From an uncultured Actinomycetota bacterium (GTDB taxonomy: Bacteria; Actinomycetota; Actinomycetes; JAHEKZ01): 64,000 nucleotides of DNA. The stretch lies in assembly GCA_963829525.1 (NCBI GenBank), contig CAWHIJ010000003.1, positions 128,001 through 192,000 of the forward strand. Reading direction: 5' to 3'. Under the pieces are notes generated by a model that was not told the DNA's origin, did no database searches, and saw only the letters and a program-made list of their open reading frames with translations. Positions 22,193 through 32,084 of this stretch are shown one piece after another (position 1 is the stretch's first letter; the number at the start of each line of letters is the position of its first letter). A program made the translations under genes and the position numbers.

Positions 22193-22368
22193 GCGTCCTT
22201 TCTACGGCACGTCCTTCCCCGCCGTCACGGCGGCGGTGTCCGACACCTCTGCTGCTGCACCGACTTCGGACCGTTACCCGCGTTGAGCGCGGCTATTGCT
22301 CCGGAGCCGGGCGCTCATCGAGGCCGCACGGCAGGGATGGCACCGTCAGCGTTCATCTACCCGCACGC

Positions 22369-22983
22369 TCAATGAACTGGGGGACGTTCGGCATGCTGCC
22401 GGATCCAGGCGTGCATGGCGATGGCAGCGGCCGCCCCGGCGTTGATCGAGCGCGTCGAGCCATACTGCGCGATCGACACCGTAGCTACGGACGCGGCGCG
22501 CGCAGCTTCCGAGAGGCCCGGACCCTCCTGACCGAAGACCATGACGCACTCTCGTGGCAGCTCATAGGTCTCGAGTGGCACAGCTCCGGGGAGATTGTCG
22601 ACACCGACCAGGGGGAGCGCACACTCCGATGCCCAGCGCACCAGTGCACCGACGTCCTCATGATGCCGAATGTGCTGATAGCGATCGGTCACCATCGCCC
22701 CTCGTCGGTTCCAGCGCCGTTTCCCGATGATGTGCACCTCTGCAGCAAGGAAGGCGTTCGCCGTCCGAACCACGCTGCCGATGTTGAAGTCGTGCTCCCA
22801 GTTCTCGACCGCGACGTGAAACTCATGCCGGTGGGTATCGAGGTCGGCGATGATCGCGTCCCGCTTCCAGTAGCGGTAGCGGTCGACCACATTGCGACGA
22901 TCGCCTTCCGCCAAGAACTCGGGATCGAACCTGGGATCGTCCGGCCACGGCTTCGGATGCGGACCTACCCCGACGACGTCCAT
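22369..22983 (-). CDS. TrmH/SpoU family RNA methyltransferase
   Basis: ENWEHDFNIGSVVRTANAF, FGQEGPGLS, RSINAGAA. Confidence 0.9.
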   Translation of the reverse strand: MDVVGVGPHPKPWPDDPRFDPEFLAEGDRRNVVDRYRYWKRDAIIADLDTHRHEFHVAVENWEHDFNIGSVVRTANAFLAAEVHIIGKRRWNRRGAMVTDRYQHIRHHEDVGALVRWASECALPLVGVDNLPGAVPLETYELPRECVMVFGQEGPGLSEAARAASVATVSIAQYGSTRSINAGAAAAIAMHAWIRQHAERPPVH

Positions 22984-23021
22984 GTCAGCGCAGCCTAGAG
23001 CTGTCGTTACGCTATTGCGTT

Positions 23022-23702
23022 GTGCACCTCCTCCCAGAACTGCTCTCCAGCCGGATGCTCGGCCCTGGGTGGCTCGACCCGCAGAGTCTGATCGAGTCGC
23101 TCGGCCCCTGGGCGCTCCTGGGGATCACCGCGATCATTTTCGCCGAGTGCGGACTGCTCATCGGCTTCTTCCTGCCGGGAGACTCGCTGCTCTTTGTGGC
23201 GGGTTTGTTGGTAGCCAGCGGCTTCATCGACACCAACATCGCTGTCGCCTGCCTGATCTTCACGATTGCCGCCGTCACGGGAAACATCGTCGGCTACTGG
23301 ATCGGACTCAAGGCAGGGCCAACGATCTTCAGCAAGCCTGACTCAAAGCTGTTCCGCCAGGAGTACGTCGACCGCACGCAGCACTTCTTCGACCACTACG
23401 GTGCACGCGCCATCATTCTGGCGCGTTTCATCCCTGTCGTTCGTACCTTCATCACCGTCATGGCCGGCGTCGGGCGTATGCACTTTCGGACCTACATCGT
23501 CTACAGCACGATCGGCGGGATCCTCTGGGCAACCGGTGTCACGCTGCTCGGCTACTTCCTTGGCAACGTGCCTTTCGTCGCCAACAACATCGAGGCAATC
23601 CTCATCGGCGTCGTGCTGGTCTCAGTTCTTCCGGTGGTCTTCGAGTACTTCCGCCACAAGCGGGCAAACAGCGCACGCGGCCCTGACCCCAGCGACGCCT
23701 GA
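23022..23702 (+). CDS. DedA family membrane protein
   Basis: FAECGLLIGFFLPGDSLLF, LARFIPVVRTF. Confidence 0.9.
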   Translation: MHLLPELLSSRMLGPGWLDPQSLIESLGPWALLGITAIIFAECGLLIGFFLPGDSLLFVAGLLVASGFIDTNIAVACLIFTIAAVTGNIVGYWIGLKAGPTIFSKPDSKLFRQEYVDRTQHFFDHYGARAIILARFIPVVRTFITVMAGVGRMHFRTYIVYSTIGGILWATGVTLLGYFLGNVPFVANNIEAILIGVVLVSVLPVVFEYFRHKRANSARGPDPSDA

Positions 23703-23725
23703 CTCCGGCGGATGCACCGAGCGAC

Positions 23726-23788
23726 ATGTGAGCGTTCGGTACACCGACACGCCTGAGAACGGCTCCTAGATGTACCGAACGCTCACAT
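23726..23788. repeat. Perfect 18-bp inverted repeat with 27-nt spacer (REP-like element or bidirectional terminator)
   Basis: ATGTGAGCGTTCGGTACA (23726-23743) and TGTACCGAACGCTCACAT (23771-23788), between convergent dedA and lemA. Confidence 0.8.
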
Positions 23789-23824
23789 AGCCATCTTGAC
23801 GTGGACGCCGATGGGTCGCAGGCC

Positions 23825-24418
23825 CTAGAACTGAACTTCTGGCGCCGCCCGTACGGTCGGGTCCTCCGCCTCGAAGTACTCCTGCTTGACGAAGTTGAAC
23901 ATGCGGGCGACCACGTTCGGCGGGAACGACTCGACCTTGGTGTTGAAAGTCCGCACGTTGGCGTTGTAGAACCGCCGCCCCGCCGCAATTCGGTCTTCGG
24001 TCTGGGTCAGCGAAGTCTGCAGCTCGAGGAAGTTCTGGTTCGCCTTAAGGTCGGGGTAGGCCTCTGCCACCGCGAGCAACTGGCGCAGGGCAGACGTCAG
24101 CATGTTCTCCTGCACCGCCTGCTCACCGGGCGTCGAACCAGGTGTCACGGCGGCAGCGCGTGCTGCGGTGACGTTCTCGAAGGTCTGCCGCTCGTGAGCT
24201 GCGTATCCCTTGACCGTCTCGACCAAGTTCGGGATCAGGTCGTAGCGTCGGTGCAGCTCGACGTCGATCTGCTTCCACGACTCTTCCACGATGTTGCGGA
24301 GCTTGACGAAGCCGTTGTACGTCACCATCACCCAGATGCCGGCCAGCACCACGACAACGCCGAGCACGATCCAGATCCACACAGTGAACGCTCCCAGCAT
24401 CAAGAACAGCGTCGACAA
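23825..24418 (-). CDS. lemA: LemA family protein
   Basis: QIDVELHRRYDLIPNLVETVKGY, AEAYPDLKAN..FLELQ, RRFYNANV. Confidence 0.92.
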   Translation of the reverse strand: MSTLFLMLGAFTVWIWIVLGVVVVLAGIWVMVTYNGFVKLRNIVEESWKQIDVELHRRYDLIPNLVETVKGYAAHERQTFENVTAARAAAVTPGSTPGEQAVQENMLTSALRQLLAVAEAYPDLKANQNFLELQTSLTQTEDRIAAGRRFYNANVRTFNTKVESFPPNVVARMFNFVKQEYFEAEDPTVRAAPEVQF

Positions 24419-24474
24419 CCCCGTCGCCAGTGATGGTAGACCCGACCGGCGTGCCGAGCGAGCACCGTTTACGG

Positions 24475-25011
24475 CTACTCCAGGCCGAGATCCGACAGCT
24501 CGTAGGCCGCCAGGTAGGGCAGCCCTACCGCCTCGATGGCTGCCCGCGCTCCGCGGTCGACGATGACCACGACGGCAACGACTTCCGCGCCAGCCTCGCG
24601 CAGTGCGTCCACCGCCGTCATTACCGAGCCACCCGTGGTGGATGTGTCCTCTACGGCCAGCACCCGGCGTCCTGTCACGTCAGGGCCTTCGATGCGGCGT
24701 TGCAACCCGTGCTGCTTCTCTGATTTGCGCACGACGAAGGAGTCCAGTCGCTGTCCGCGCGCGGCGGCGGCATGCAGCATCGCAGCGGCAACGGGGTCGG
24801 CGCCGAGGGTAAGCCCGCCGACAGCGTCGTAATCGAGATCGGCTGTGAGGTCGAGCAGCACCGAGCCAACGAGCGGGGATGCCTCACCGTCGAGGGTCAC
24901 CCGGCGAAGGTCGACGTAGTAGTCAGCCTCCCTGCCGGACGAGAGGACGACGCGGCCGTGCACGACGGCCTTGTCCTTGATCTGCGTCAGCAGTGCATCG
25001 CGATCGGTCAC
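24475..25011 (-). CDS. pyrE: Orotate phosphoribosyltransferase
   Basis: LSSGREADYYVDLR, GGLTLGADP, VRKSEKQHG, VEDTSTTGGS. Confidence 0.93.
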   Translation of the reverse strand: MTDRDALLTQIKDKAVVHGRVVLSSGREADYYVDLRRVTLDGEASPLVGSVLLDLTADLDYDAVGGLTLGADPVAAAMLHAAAARGQRLDSFVVRKSEKQHGLQRRIEGPDVTGRRVLAVEDTSTTGGSVMTAVDALREAGAEVVAVVVIVDRGARAAIEAVGLPYLAAYELSDLGLE

Positions 25012-25106
25012 GATGCAGAGCCTACGGGGTGGCTGACCGGGCTCAAGGTCGGCACAAGTCGGCAAACTTGATCAAATCCAAGGCCCGCGTGCGGTAGGCA
25101 TAGGGG

Positions 25107-26030
25107 GTGCCAGTCATCGAAGCCCGTGGTGTCCGCAAGACCTACCGTCGCCGGGGTAAGCCCCCTAAGGCAGCCCTGGACGGTCTCGACCTCGTTGTCG
25201 ATGAGGGGGGTGTGCATGGATTCCTCGGTCCGAACGGGTCAGGGAAGACGACGATGCTGCGCTGTCTCCTCGGGCTTGCGCGGCCGGAAGACGGCACCAT
25301 GCAGATGCTGGGTAAGCCGGTGCCGGACGAGCTTCCATCTGTGATCGGCTCGACGGGCGTCCTGCTGGAGAGCCCAGCATTCTTCCCACCTTTCACCGGA
25401 CGCCTCAACCTCCAGCTGCTCGCCCAGGCGTCGGAGATTCCGGCCACGCAAGTCGAGGCGGTGCTCGATCTCGTCCAGCTCAGCGATGCCGCCGACGAAC
25501 GCGTCAAGGGCTACTCGCTCGGGATGCGGCAACGCCTGGGCATCGCGGCAGCACTGCTCAAGCAGCCGAGCGTGCTGATCCTCGACGAGCCCAGCAACGG
25601 CCTTGACCCCGCGGGAATGCGCGAGGTACGGCAGCTGCTCCGCGCGCTCGGCGACTCCGGTGTCACCGTGCTGCTCTCTTCCCACTTGCTCGGTGAGGTG
25701 CAGCAGATATGCGACACCGTCACCATCGTCAACCACGGTCGTGTCGTTGTGGCGGGCCCTGTCGCCGATGTCCTGCAGTCGAGGTCTTCCGGTGCGATCG
25801 CCGTCGGTGTTGCCGACAGCGAAGCCGCCCTCACTGTCTTGACCGAGGCTGGATTCACCGCTCACCTCCTGGATGGGCGCATCACTGTCGACGGCGTGGC
25901 CGACGGTGCCGTGATTGTCGAGACGCTGGCATCCCGGCAGTTGTATCCGTCCTGGGTCATGCCGGTGCAGGTCGATCTTGAACAGGCGTTCCTCGAGCTC
26001 ACCGATGATGTCGAGGGAGGCCCCTCATGA
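25107..26030 (+). CDS. ABC-2 type exporter ATP-binding protein
   Basis: GPNGSGKTT, YSLGMRQRLG, ILDEPSNGLDP, SSHLL. Confidence 0.9.
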   Translation: MPVIEARGVRKTYRRRGKPPKAALDGLDLVVDEGGVHGFLGPNGSGKTTMLRCLLGLARPEDGTMQMLGKPVPDELPSVIGSTGVLLESPAFFPPFTGRLNLQLLAQASEIPATQVEAVLDLVQLSDAADERVKGYSLGMRQRLGIAAALLKQPSVLILDEPSNGLDPAGMREVRQLLRALGDSGVTVLLSSHLLGEVQQICDTVTIVNHGRVVVAGPVADVLQSRSSGAIAVGVADSEAALTVLTEAGFTAHLLDGRITVDGVADGAVIVETLASRQLYPSWVMPVQVDLEQAFLELTDDVEGGPS

Positions 26031-27046
26031 GCATCCCCACCCTCGAGCGGCGCCCCACTCACAAAGTCGGGCCACTCCTGCGCTCGGAGATCTCGCGCAT
26101 CACCCACCGACGTCTCTTCCGGGTGCTGACCCTGATCCTGCTCGGCGGCATCGTGCTGATCAGCACCATCGTCTTCTTCGTGCACAGCAAGCAGGTCGGC
26201 ACAACCCAGGAACAGCTCCAGAGCAACCAGGCTGAGCAACAGCGGGGCTGGAAGCAGTGTGCCGATTCCGCCCCGAATCCAGACAGTGCCGAGAATTTCT
26301 GTGGCCCTGAGCCGGCCACCCAACCGCTGGAAAGCTTCGACTGGGGACAGGACGACCGATACAAGGCGTATGAGGCGCTGCCCATCTCACTGATCGGCGC
26401 AGCCATCGCCTCTGCCGGCGTCGCGTTCTTGATCGGTGCCAGCATCGGGGGCGCCGAGTGGTCATCTCGCTCGATGACGCTGCAGCTGCTCTTCGAGCCC
26501 CGCCGCCTGAGGTTGTTGACCGTCAAATGGCTCGGCCTCCTGCTCTGCACCGCACTTCTCGCCATCGTCGCCATGGCGATCACCGTCGGGTTCGGCGCAC
26601 TGACGGCGCAGCTTCGCGGCACGTGGGATCAGCAGTTCGCTCCTGTCGACGAGCTGCGCGACAACCTGGGGCAGACGATGGCGCTGATGGGACTACGAGG
26701 CCTGGTGCTTGTCGCTGCGGCCGCGACCATCGGTTATGCCATCGCGATGCTGGTGCGGAACACCGGGGCATCGCTGGGGGCCGCCTTCGTGTACTTCGTC
26801 GTGGTCGAGAACGGCATCAGATTCGTCTTCATGCGCCACGGCAGCGAGCCGTTCATGCTCAGTACCAATGCCGTCGCATTTCTCTTCCCTGGTGGTCTGG
26901 AGGTTCCTGGCAACGCAGTGGGGCCCTACAGCGAGCCCACGTCGGTCGACCTGACGAACCTCCGCTCGTTCGTGACGCTGATGGCGTACACCGCCCTGCT
27001 GAGTCTGCCCGCTGCCTGGTCGTTCACCCGGCGCGACGTCGGCTGA
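26027..27046 (+). CDS. ABC-2 type exporter permease
   Basis: LLRSEISR, IGGAEWSSRSM...EPRR, C-terminal RRDV. Coupled to the ATPase. Confidence 0.85.
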   Translation: MSIPTLERRPTHKVGPLLRSEISRITHRRLFRVLTLILLGGIVLISTIVFFVHSKQVGTTQEQLQSNQAEQQRGWKQCADSAPNPDSAENFCGPEPATQPLESFDWGQDDRYKAYEALPISLIGAAIASAGVAFLIGASIGGAEWSSRSMTLQLLFEPRRLRLLTVKWLGLLLCTALLAIVAMAITVGFGALTAQLRGTWDQQFAPVDELRDNLGQTMALMGLRGLVLVAAAATIGYAIAMLVRNTGASLGAAFVYFVVVENGIRFVFMRHGSEPFMLSTNAVAFLFPGGLEVPGNAVGPYSEPTSVDLTNLRSFVTLMAYTALLSLPAAWSFTRRDVG

Positions 27047-27068
27047 CATATCTCGGCAGACTGCTCCC

Positions 27069-27773
27069 ATGCCCCGGTCCGTTGCGCTGATCCACTCGCC
27101 CTTTACGTCGGCGGGTGTGTGGGGGACGGTGCCAGAGGCCCTCCGCGCGAAGGGAGTCCAGGTCACCGTCCCAGAGGTCCTCGATGACGACGAACCTCCA
27201 TACGCATCTCGGTTCGTCGCCCGCGTCGCCCAACAGCTTCAGCTCGACGCTCCCGGAGCACACGTTGTGCTGGTCGGCCACGGTGGCGCCGGGCCCCTTC
27301 TCCCGCAGATTGCCTTCGCCAGGAACGCCTCTGGCTCACCGGTCGCCGGCTATGTCTTCGTCGACGCGATGCTTCCGCGCACACTGAAGACCGCCACGCG
27401 CCTCGACCTCGTCGGAGCCGACGACCCAGTAGCAGCTGCCGAGCTGGGCCAGCGACTGGCAGCTGGGGGCCGTTTCCCGGAGTGGACCGACGGCGAGCTC
27501 GCCGTCACCGTGCCTGACCCGACAGACCGGGCCGTGCTGCTGGCCGGGCTGCGCCCCCGCTCGCTCGACTTCTTCATCGAGCCGCTGCCTGTTCCTGAGG
27601 ACTGGCCAGATGCCCCGTGCAGCTATCTCCAGCTCTCGGACAGCTACGCCAGCGCCGCTCGTACTGCCCAGCTACGCGGCTGGTCCGTCTGCCAGGAGGA
27701 CGCCCATCACTTCTGGGCCATGACTCACTCCGAGGACTTCGCCGCACAACTGCTGGCCCTTCTCCCCAGCTGA
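27069..27773 (+). CDS. Alpha/beta-hydrolase-fold protein
   Basis: ALIHSP, VLVGHGGAG (Gly in place of the usual GHSGAG serine), VFVDA, C-terminal His. Confidence 0.65.
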   Translation: MPRSVALIHSPFTSAGVWGTVPEALRAKGVQVTVPEVLDDDEPPYASRFVARVAQQLQLDAPGAHVVLVGHGGAGPLLPQIAFARNASGSPVAGYVFVDAMLPRTLKTATRLDLVGADDPVAAAELGQRLAAGGRFPEWTDGELAVTVPDPTDRAVLLAGLRPRSLDFFIEPLPVPEDWPDAPCSYLQLSDSYASAARTAQLRGWSVCQEDAHHFWAMTHSEDFAAQLLALLPS

Positions 27774-27828
27774 CGCGCCGGGCCCGGCGAGTGTCCCCCA
27801 GGAAGTCGGAAATCAGCGCCGAGTGTGG

Positions 27829-28602
27829 CTAGCGACGTCCGCTGATCCGCGACCGACGCACCCGCTCGGCACGTCGCAAGACGTCACGCGGCAACAGGTG
27901 CGTGCCGGCAACCAGCGCCCGATAGGCACGCCCCGGAATCGAGATCACCTTGCCGCGCCGGAGGTCGTCCATAGCCCCCTGGACCACATCGTCCACATTG
28001 AGCCACCAGGTGTCGTTCGACCGATCGATCTCGATGTTCGCGCGCTCGTGGAACTCGGTGCGCACAAACCCGGGACACAGGGCGAGCACCCGCACTCCCG
28101 TTCCGGTGAGATCGGTCGCGAGGCCTTGGCTGAAGAAGGTCACCCAAGCCTTCGCAGCGCTGTAGGTGCTGAACGGCAGGAAGCTCGCCACACTCGAAAC
28201 GTTGATGATCGTTCCGCTGCCACGTTCTGCCATTCCCGGGGCCGCTGCACTGCACAGCCGCATGACAGGGGTGACCATGACATCGATCAGTGACTGCTCC
28301 GCCTCGACGTCCCCGCCGACGAAGCGCTGATTGATGCTGAACCCGGCATTGTTGACGAGGACGTCGACCGGTCGCTCGGAATCGCGCAGGCGGTCTTCGA
28401 CGACGGCGAGTTGGGCGCGGTCTCCGATGTCGGCAACCATGACCTCAACCTCGACTCCTCCTGCACGTAGCTCGACCGCCAAATTGTCGAGTCGCTCGCG
28501 GTCGCGCGCGACGAGGACGAGGTCGTAGCCGTCGGAGGCCAGCCTGCGGGCGAACCCCTCGCCGATTCCAGACGTCGGGCCAGTGACCAATGCGGTGCTC
28601 AT
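27829..28602 (-). CDS. Short-chain dehydrogenase/reductase
   Basis: TGPTSGIG, LVNNAG, YSAAK, CPGFVRTEF. Confidence 0.9.
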   Translation of the reverse strand: MSTALVTGPTSGIGEGFARRLASDGYDLVLVARDRERLDNLAVELRAGGVEVEVMVADIGDRAQLAVVEDRLRDSERPVDVLVNNAGFSINQRFVGGDVEAEQSLIDVMVTPVMRLCSAAAPGMAERGSGTIINVSSVASFLPFSTYSAAKAWVTFFSQGLATDLTGTGVRVLALCPGFVRTEFHERANIEIDRSNDTWWLNVDDVVQGAMDDLRRGKVISIPGRAYRALVAGTHLLPRDVLRRAERVRRSRISGRR

Positions 28603-28627
28603 TCGATCACCCTGGCACGATCAGACC

Positions 28628-29767
28628 ATGACGACGACAGCGCGTGCCCGCGACCTCGGTATCGAGTTCGACGGAACCCCTGGACCGCACAACGCCATCA
28701 CCGATGTTCCCGGGGTCGAGATCGGCTTCACCACACTCGTTGAAGGCGAGGGTGAGCACGCTGTCCGTACCGGAGTCACGGCGGTCCTTCCGCGGGGCAA
28801 GGGCGGCGTCGGAGACCCGTGTCACGCCGGGATGTACTCGATGAACGGCAACGGCGAGCTGACAGGCTCTCACTGGATCGCCGAGACCGGGCTGCTGCAC
28901 CTGCCCATCGGTATCACCAACTCGCACGCCGTCGGCACCGTGCACCGAGGCATCATCGACTGGGTCATCAACGAGCACCCTCTGGTCGCACGCGAGTGGC
29001 TGTTGCCCTGCGTTGGCGAGACTTTCGACGGTGACCTAAACGACATCAACGGGCGCCATGTCGCCAGCGAGCACGCAGTCGCGGCGCTGCAGGCGGCCTC
29101 GGAAGGTCCTGTTGCCGAGGGCAATGTCGGAGGCGGCACCGGTATGAACTGCTACGCCTTCAAGGGTGGAACCGGAACCGCTTCACGGGTCATCAGGTAC
29201 GGGGACAGGTCGTACACGATGGGAGTGCTCACGCAGGCGAACTTCGGCGACCGCCATGAGCTGACGATCCGTGGCACCGCAGTCGGGACGGCGATTCCTG
29301 ACGACAACCCGTTTCGGGACGCACAGACGCGCCCGCCAGGTGGCGGCTCGGTCATTGTGATCGTCGCCACCGACGCGCCGCTGCTGCCGCAGCAGTGCCA
29401 AGCGCTTGCGCGCCGCGTTCCCCTCGGCCTGGCGCGAACCGGTACGACGGGATCGCACTTCAGCGGCGACATCTTCCTGGCGTTCTCAACCGGCAATCCT
29501 GGGGCGCTGCACGTCGGAGAGCTGGGCTCGCCTCCGGCCGGATCCTTAGAAACCGCCGCCTTCGTCCCGTGGGCGCAGATCGACCCGTTCTACGCAGCAA
29601 CGGTGCACGCGGTGGAGGAGTCTGTGATCAACGCACTCGTCGCTGCCGAGACGATGGTAGGTCGAAATGGCTTCCGGTCTCCCGCGCTTCCGCTGGACCG
29701 CGTCCAAGGGCTCATGGGCCTCGATACGCCTAGGGCGCGGAGCGAAATCCGCGCTGAGCGCGGCTAA
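28628..29767 (+). CDS. DmpA/P1-family (beta-peptidyl/D-) aminopeptidase
   Basis: PGPHNAITDVPGV, NGNGELTG, GNVGGGTGM..FKGGTGTASR, GGGSVIVIVATDAP, SGDIFLAFST. Confidence 0.9.
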   Translation: MTTTARARDLGIEFDGTPGPHNAITDVPGVEIGFTTLVEGEGEHAVRTGVTAVLPRGKGGVGDPCHAGMYSMNGNGELTGSHWIAETGLLHLPIGITNSHAVGTVHRGIIDWVINEHPLVAREWLLPCVGETFDGDLNDINGRHVASEHAVAALQAASEGPVAEGNVGGGTGMNCYAFKGGTGTASRVIRYGDRSYTMGVLTQANFGDRHELTIRGTAVGTAIPDDNPFRDAQTRPPGGGSVIVIVATDAPLLPQQCQALARRVPLGLARTGTTGSHFSGDIFLAFSTGNPGALHVGELGSPPAGSLETAAFVPWAQIDPFYAATVHAVEESVINALVAAETMVGRNGFRSPALPLDRVQGLMGLDTPRARSEIRAERG

Positions 29768-29788
29768 CGCTCCGCAAGTGCGGCCACC

Positions 29789-30865
29789 TCAGCGCGCATA
29801 GGCGGCCACAAGTGCCTCGCGCGTGACCTGAGTCTGGGCCTGGACCAGCGCGAACATCGCCTCACGTGCCCATCGCTGCTCGGGCGATGTCAGCAGCATC
29901 GCGCGTCCGGCCTGCACGGTGATCAGCGCGGAGGTCACGTCCTGCGCAAGCCGGGTGACCTCCGCCCTGATGGCGATCCGCTCATCCACCGCCTCCCCGG
30001 GCGCGACGTCGTCGACCAGCGCGTAGGCGCGCGCCCGCAGCCGCACGTACCGCTCCTGCCACTGTCGCGCAAGGCCCGACGCCGACTCCCAACGCCGGTG
30101 CTCGGCCGCCGCTGTCAGCGCGTTGAGTGCGGCTCGAGTGAGTCCGAAGACTGCTGGTGGCGCATTCGCCGTTCGTTGCAAATCTGCGGTCAACCACTCA
30201 CGTTTCGGTAGTACGCGAGCCACCTCGGCATCACTGACCGGCATGTGGTCCAGAACGGCTCCGACCGTCGATGTTCCCTGCATCGCGGCGAGCGGGAGTT
30301 CACCGGTGATCGTCAGCCCCTGGCGCTCGGACGCGGGCAGCAGCGCCTGCACGACCTCGCCGTCCGGCGTCTCAGCCATGAGCAATAGGACGTCGGCAAG
30401 GCCCCACGACGTGATCCAGTCGAGGCGACCACTCACCACAAATCCGTCACCCTGAAGAGTCGCAGTGACCGTCGGTGCGCCTGGACGGCGTAAGTGCGCG
30501 AAGGCGACTGCGCCGAGAAGGCCACCACTCTGCAGCCCTGCGGCCCAGCGCTCGCTCAGCGTCTCGTTCTGGGTGGTTCGAGCGGCCTCGGCCGGCGATC
30601 GATGTTGTGCCAGGACGAACCATAGGGCACCGGACGTCCCCGCAAGTTGCTCGTGCACCTCGCGCGTCCGAGCTGGCGACCAACTGCTGCCGAGCCCCGC
30701 CGAGAGGACACCGGCCGCGGCCAGTCGGGCGACATCGGAACGACTCACCCCTTCGCTCTCGAGCCGCTGCGCGTCCGGCGCATAGGCGCGCACCGCGTCT
30801 ACCGCCGCCGCCAGCTCTGCTGAATCGCTGACTCGCGCATCGGCACCGATCACGTCCTCGACCAC
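29789..30865 (-). CDS. Acyl-CoA dehydrogenase-like flavoprotein
   Basis: WFVLAQH, AVAFAHLRR, VSGRLDWITSWG, LAAMQGTST, QRWAREAMF. Start estimated. Confidence 0.7.
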   Translation of the reverse strand: MVEDVIGADARVSDSAELAAAVDAVRAYAPDAQRLESEGVSRSDVARLAAAGVLSAGLGSSWSPARTREVHEQLAGTSGALWFVLAQHRSPAEAARTTQNETLSERWAAGLQSGGLLGAVAFAHLRRPGAPTVTATLQGDGFVVSGRLDWITSWGLADVLLLMAETPDGEVVQALLPASERQGLTITGELPLAAMQGTSTVGAVLDHMPVSDAEVARVLPKREWLTADLQRTANAPPAVFGLTRAALNALTAAAEHRRWESASGLARQWQERYVRLRARAYALVDDVAPGEAVDERIAIRAEVTRLAQDVTSALITVQAGRAMLLTSPEQRWAREAMFALVQAQTQVTREALVAAYAR

Positions 30866-30887
30866 CTGACCACCGTACGGTGGGGCC

Positions 30888-32066
30888 GTGAGCACCGACC
30901 GCCTCGTCCCCCACTTGGCTGGGCTCGGCACCACGATCTTCGCCGAGATGTCCGCCCTTGCCGTCTCGACAGGGGCCATCAACCTCGGGCAGGGATTCCC
31001 CGACGTGGATGGCCCGCCGTCAGTCGCTGAGGCAGCCGTTGAGGCGATACGAAGCGGGCTCGGCAACCAATACCCGCCCGGCCCCGGGGTTCCTGTTCTA
31101 CGGCAAGCGATCGCCGCGCACCAAAAGGGGTGGTACGCACAGGCACTCGATCCCGACACCGAGGTGCTCGTGACTGCCGGAGCCACCGAGGCGATCGCCG
31201 CAGCGATGCTGGCGTTCATCGATGAAGGCGACGAGGTCATCGCGCTCGAGCCGTTCTACGACTCATACCGAGCAACAATCACCATGGCCCGCGGCCGCTG
31301 CGTTCCGGTGCGGCTGGAACCGCCGGACTTCCGCCTCGCCGCGGACCGGCTCCGCGCGGCCGTGACGGATCGGAGCAAAGTGATTCTGCTGAACTCCCCG
31401 CACAACCCAACGGGAGCGGTCTTGAGCCGCGCTGAGCTGGACGCTGTGGCACGGGTGGCGATCGACCACGACCTCCTCGTCGTCACCGACGAGGTCTACG
31501 AGCATCTCGCCTTCGACGAGCCCCACATCCCGATCGCCGAGCTCCCAGGAATGGCTGAGCGCACCGTCTCCATCTCGAGCGCGGGCAAGACGTTCTCGTT
31601 CACCGGGTGGAAGATCGGCTGGGTCACCGGTCCGGCTGAACTCGTCGCTGCCGTGCGCACCACTAAGCAATTCCTCACCTTCGTGAGCGGAGGTCCGTTC
31701 CAGTTCGCCATTGCGCACGCGCTCGAGAACGAGATGCCATGGGTCGAAGGTCTGCGAGAGTCGATGGCCGATCGCCGCGACCTGCTCAGTGACGGCCTGG
31801 CCGGTCTCGGTATGACCACCTACCGCCCTCGCGGCACGTACTTCGTCACCACCGACATCCGATCCGTCGGTTGGGATGACGCCCTCACCTTCTGCCGCGC
31901 CCTTCCCGAACGTGCCGGAGTTGTTGCCGTGCCTTGCTCTGTCTTCTACGAAAGCCCCGGCCCGGCCGAACGCGCCATGGTTCGCTGGACGTTCAGCAAG
32001 CAGGAGCACGTTCTCCAGGATGCGCTTGCACGCCTGGCGGCAGCCGACCTGTCGCCCACAAGCTGA
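30888..32066 (+). CDS. Class I/II PLP aminotransferase (DapC/N-succinyldiaminopimelate aminotransferase-like)
   Basis: TTIFAEMSALA...INLGQGFPD, NSPHNPTG, DEVYEHL, SSAGKTFSFTGWKIGW. Confidence 0.88.
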   Translation: MSTDRLVPHLAGLGTTIFAEMSALAVSTGAINLGQGFPDVDGPPSVAEAAVEAIRSGLGNQYPPGPGVPVLRQAIAAHQKGWYAQALDPDTEVLVTAGATEAIAAAMLAFIDEGDEVIALEPFYDSYRATITMARGRCVPVRLEPPDFRLAADRLRAAVTDRSKVILLNSPHNPTGAVLSRAELDAVARVAIDHDLLVVTDEVYEHLAFDEPHIPIAELPGMAERTVSISSAGKTFSFTGWKIGWVTGPAELVAAVRTTKQFLTFVSGGPFQFAIAHALENEMPWVEGLRESMADRRDLLSDGLAGLGMTTYRPRGTYFVTTDIRSVGWDDALTFCRALPERAGVVAVPCSVFYESPGPAERAMVRWTFSKQEHVLQDALARLAAADLSPTS

Positions 32067-32084
32067 GGAGGAGCGTGAGCGCCG

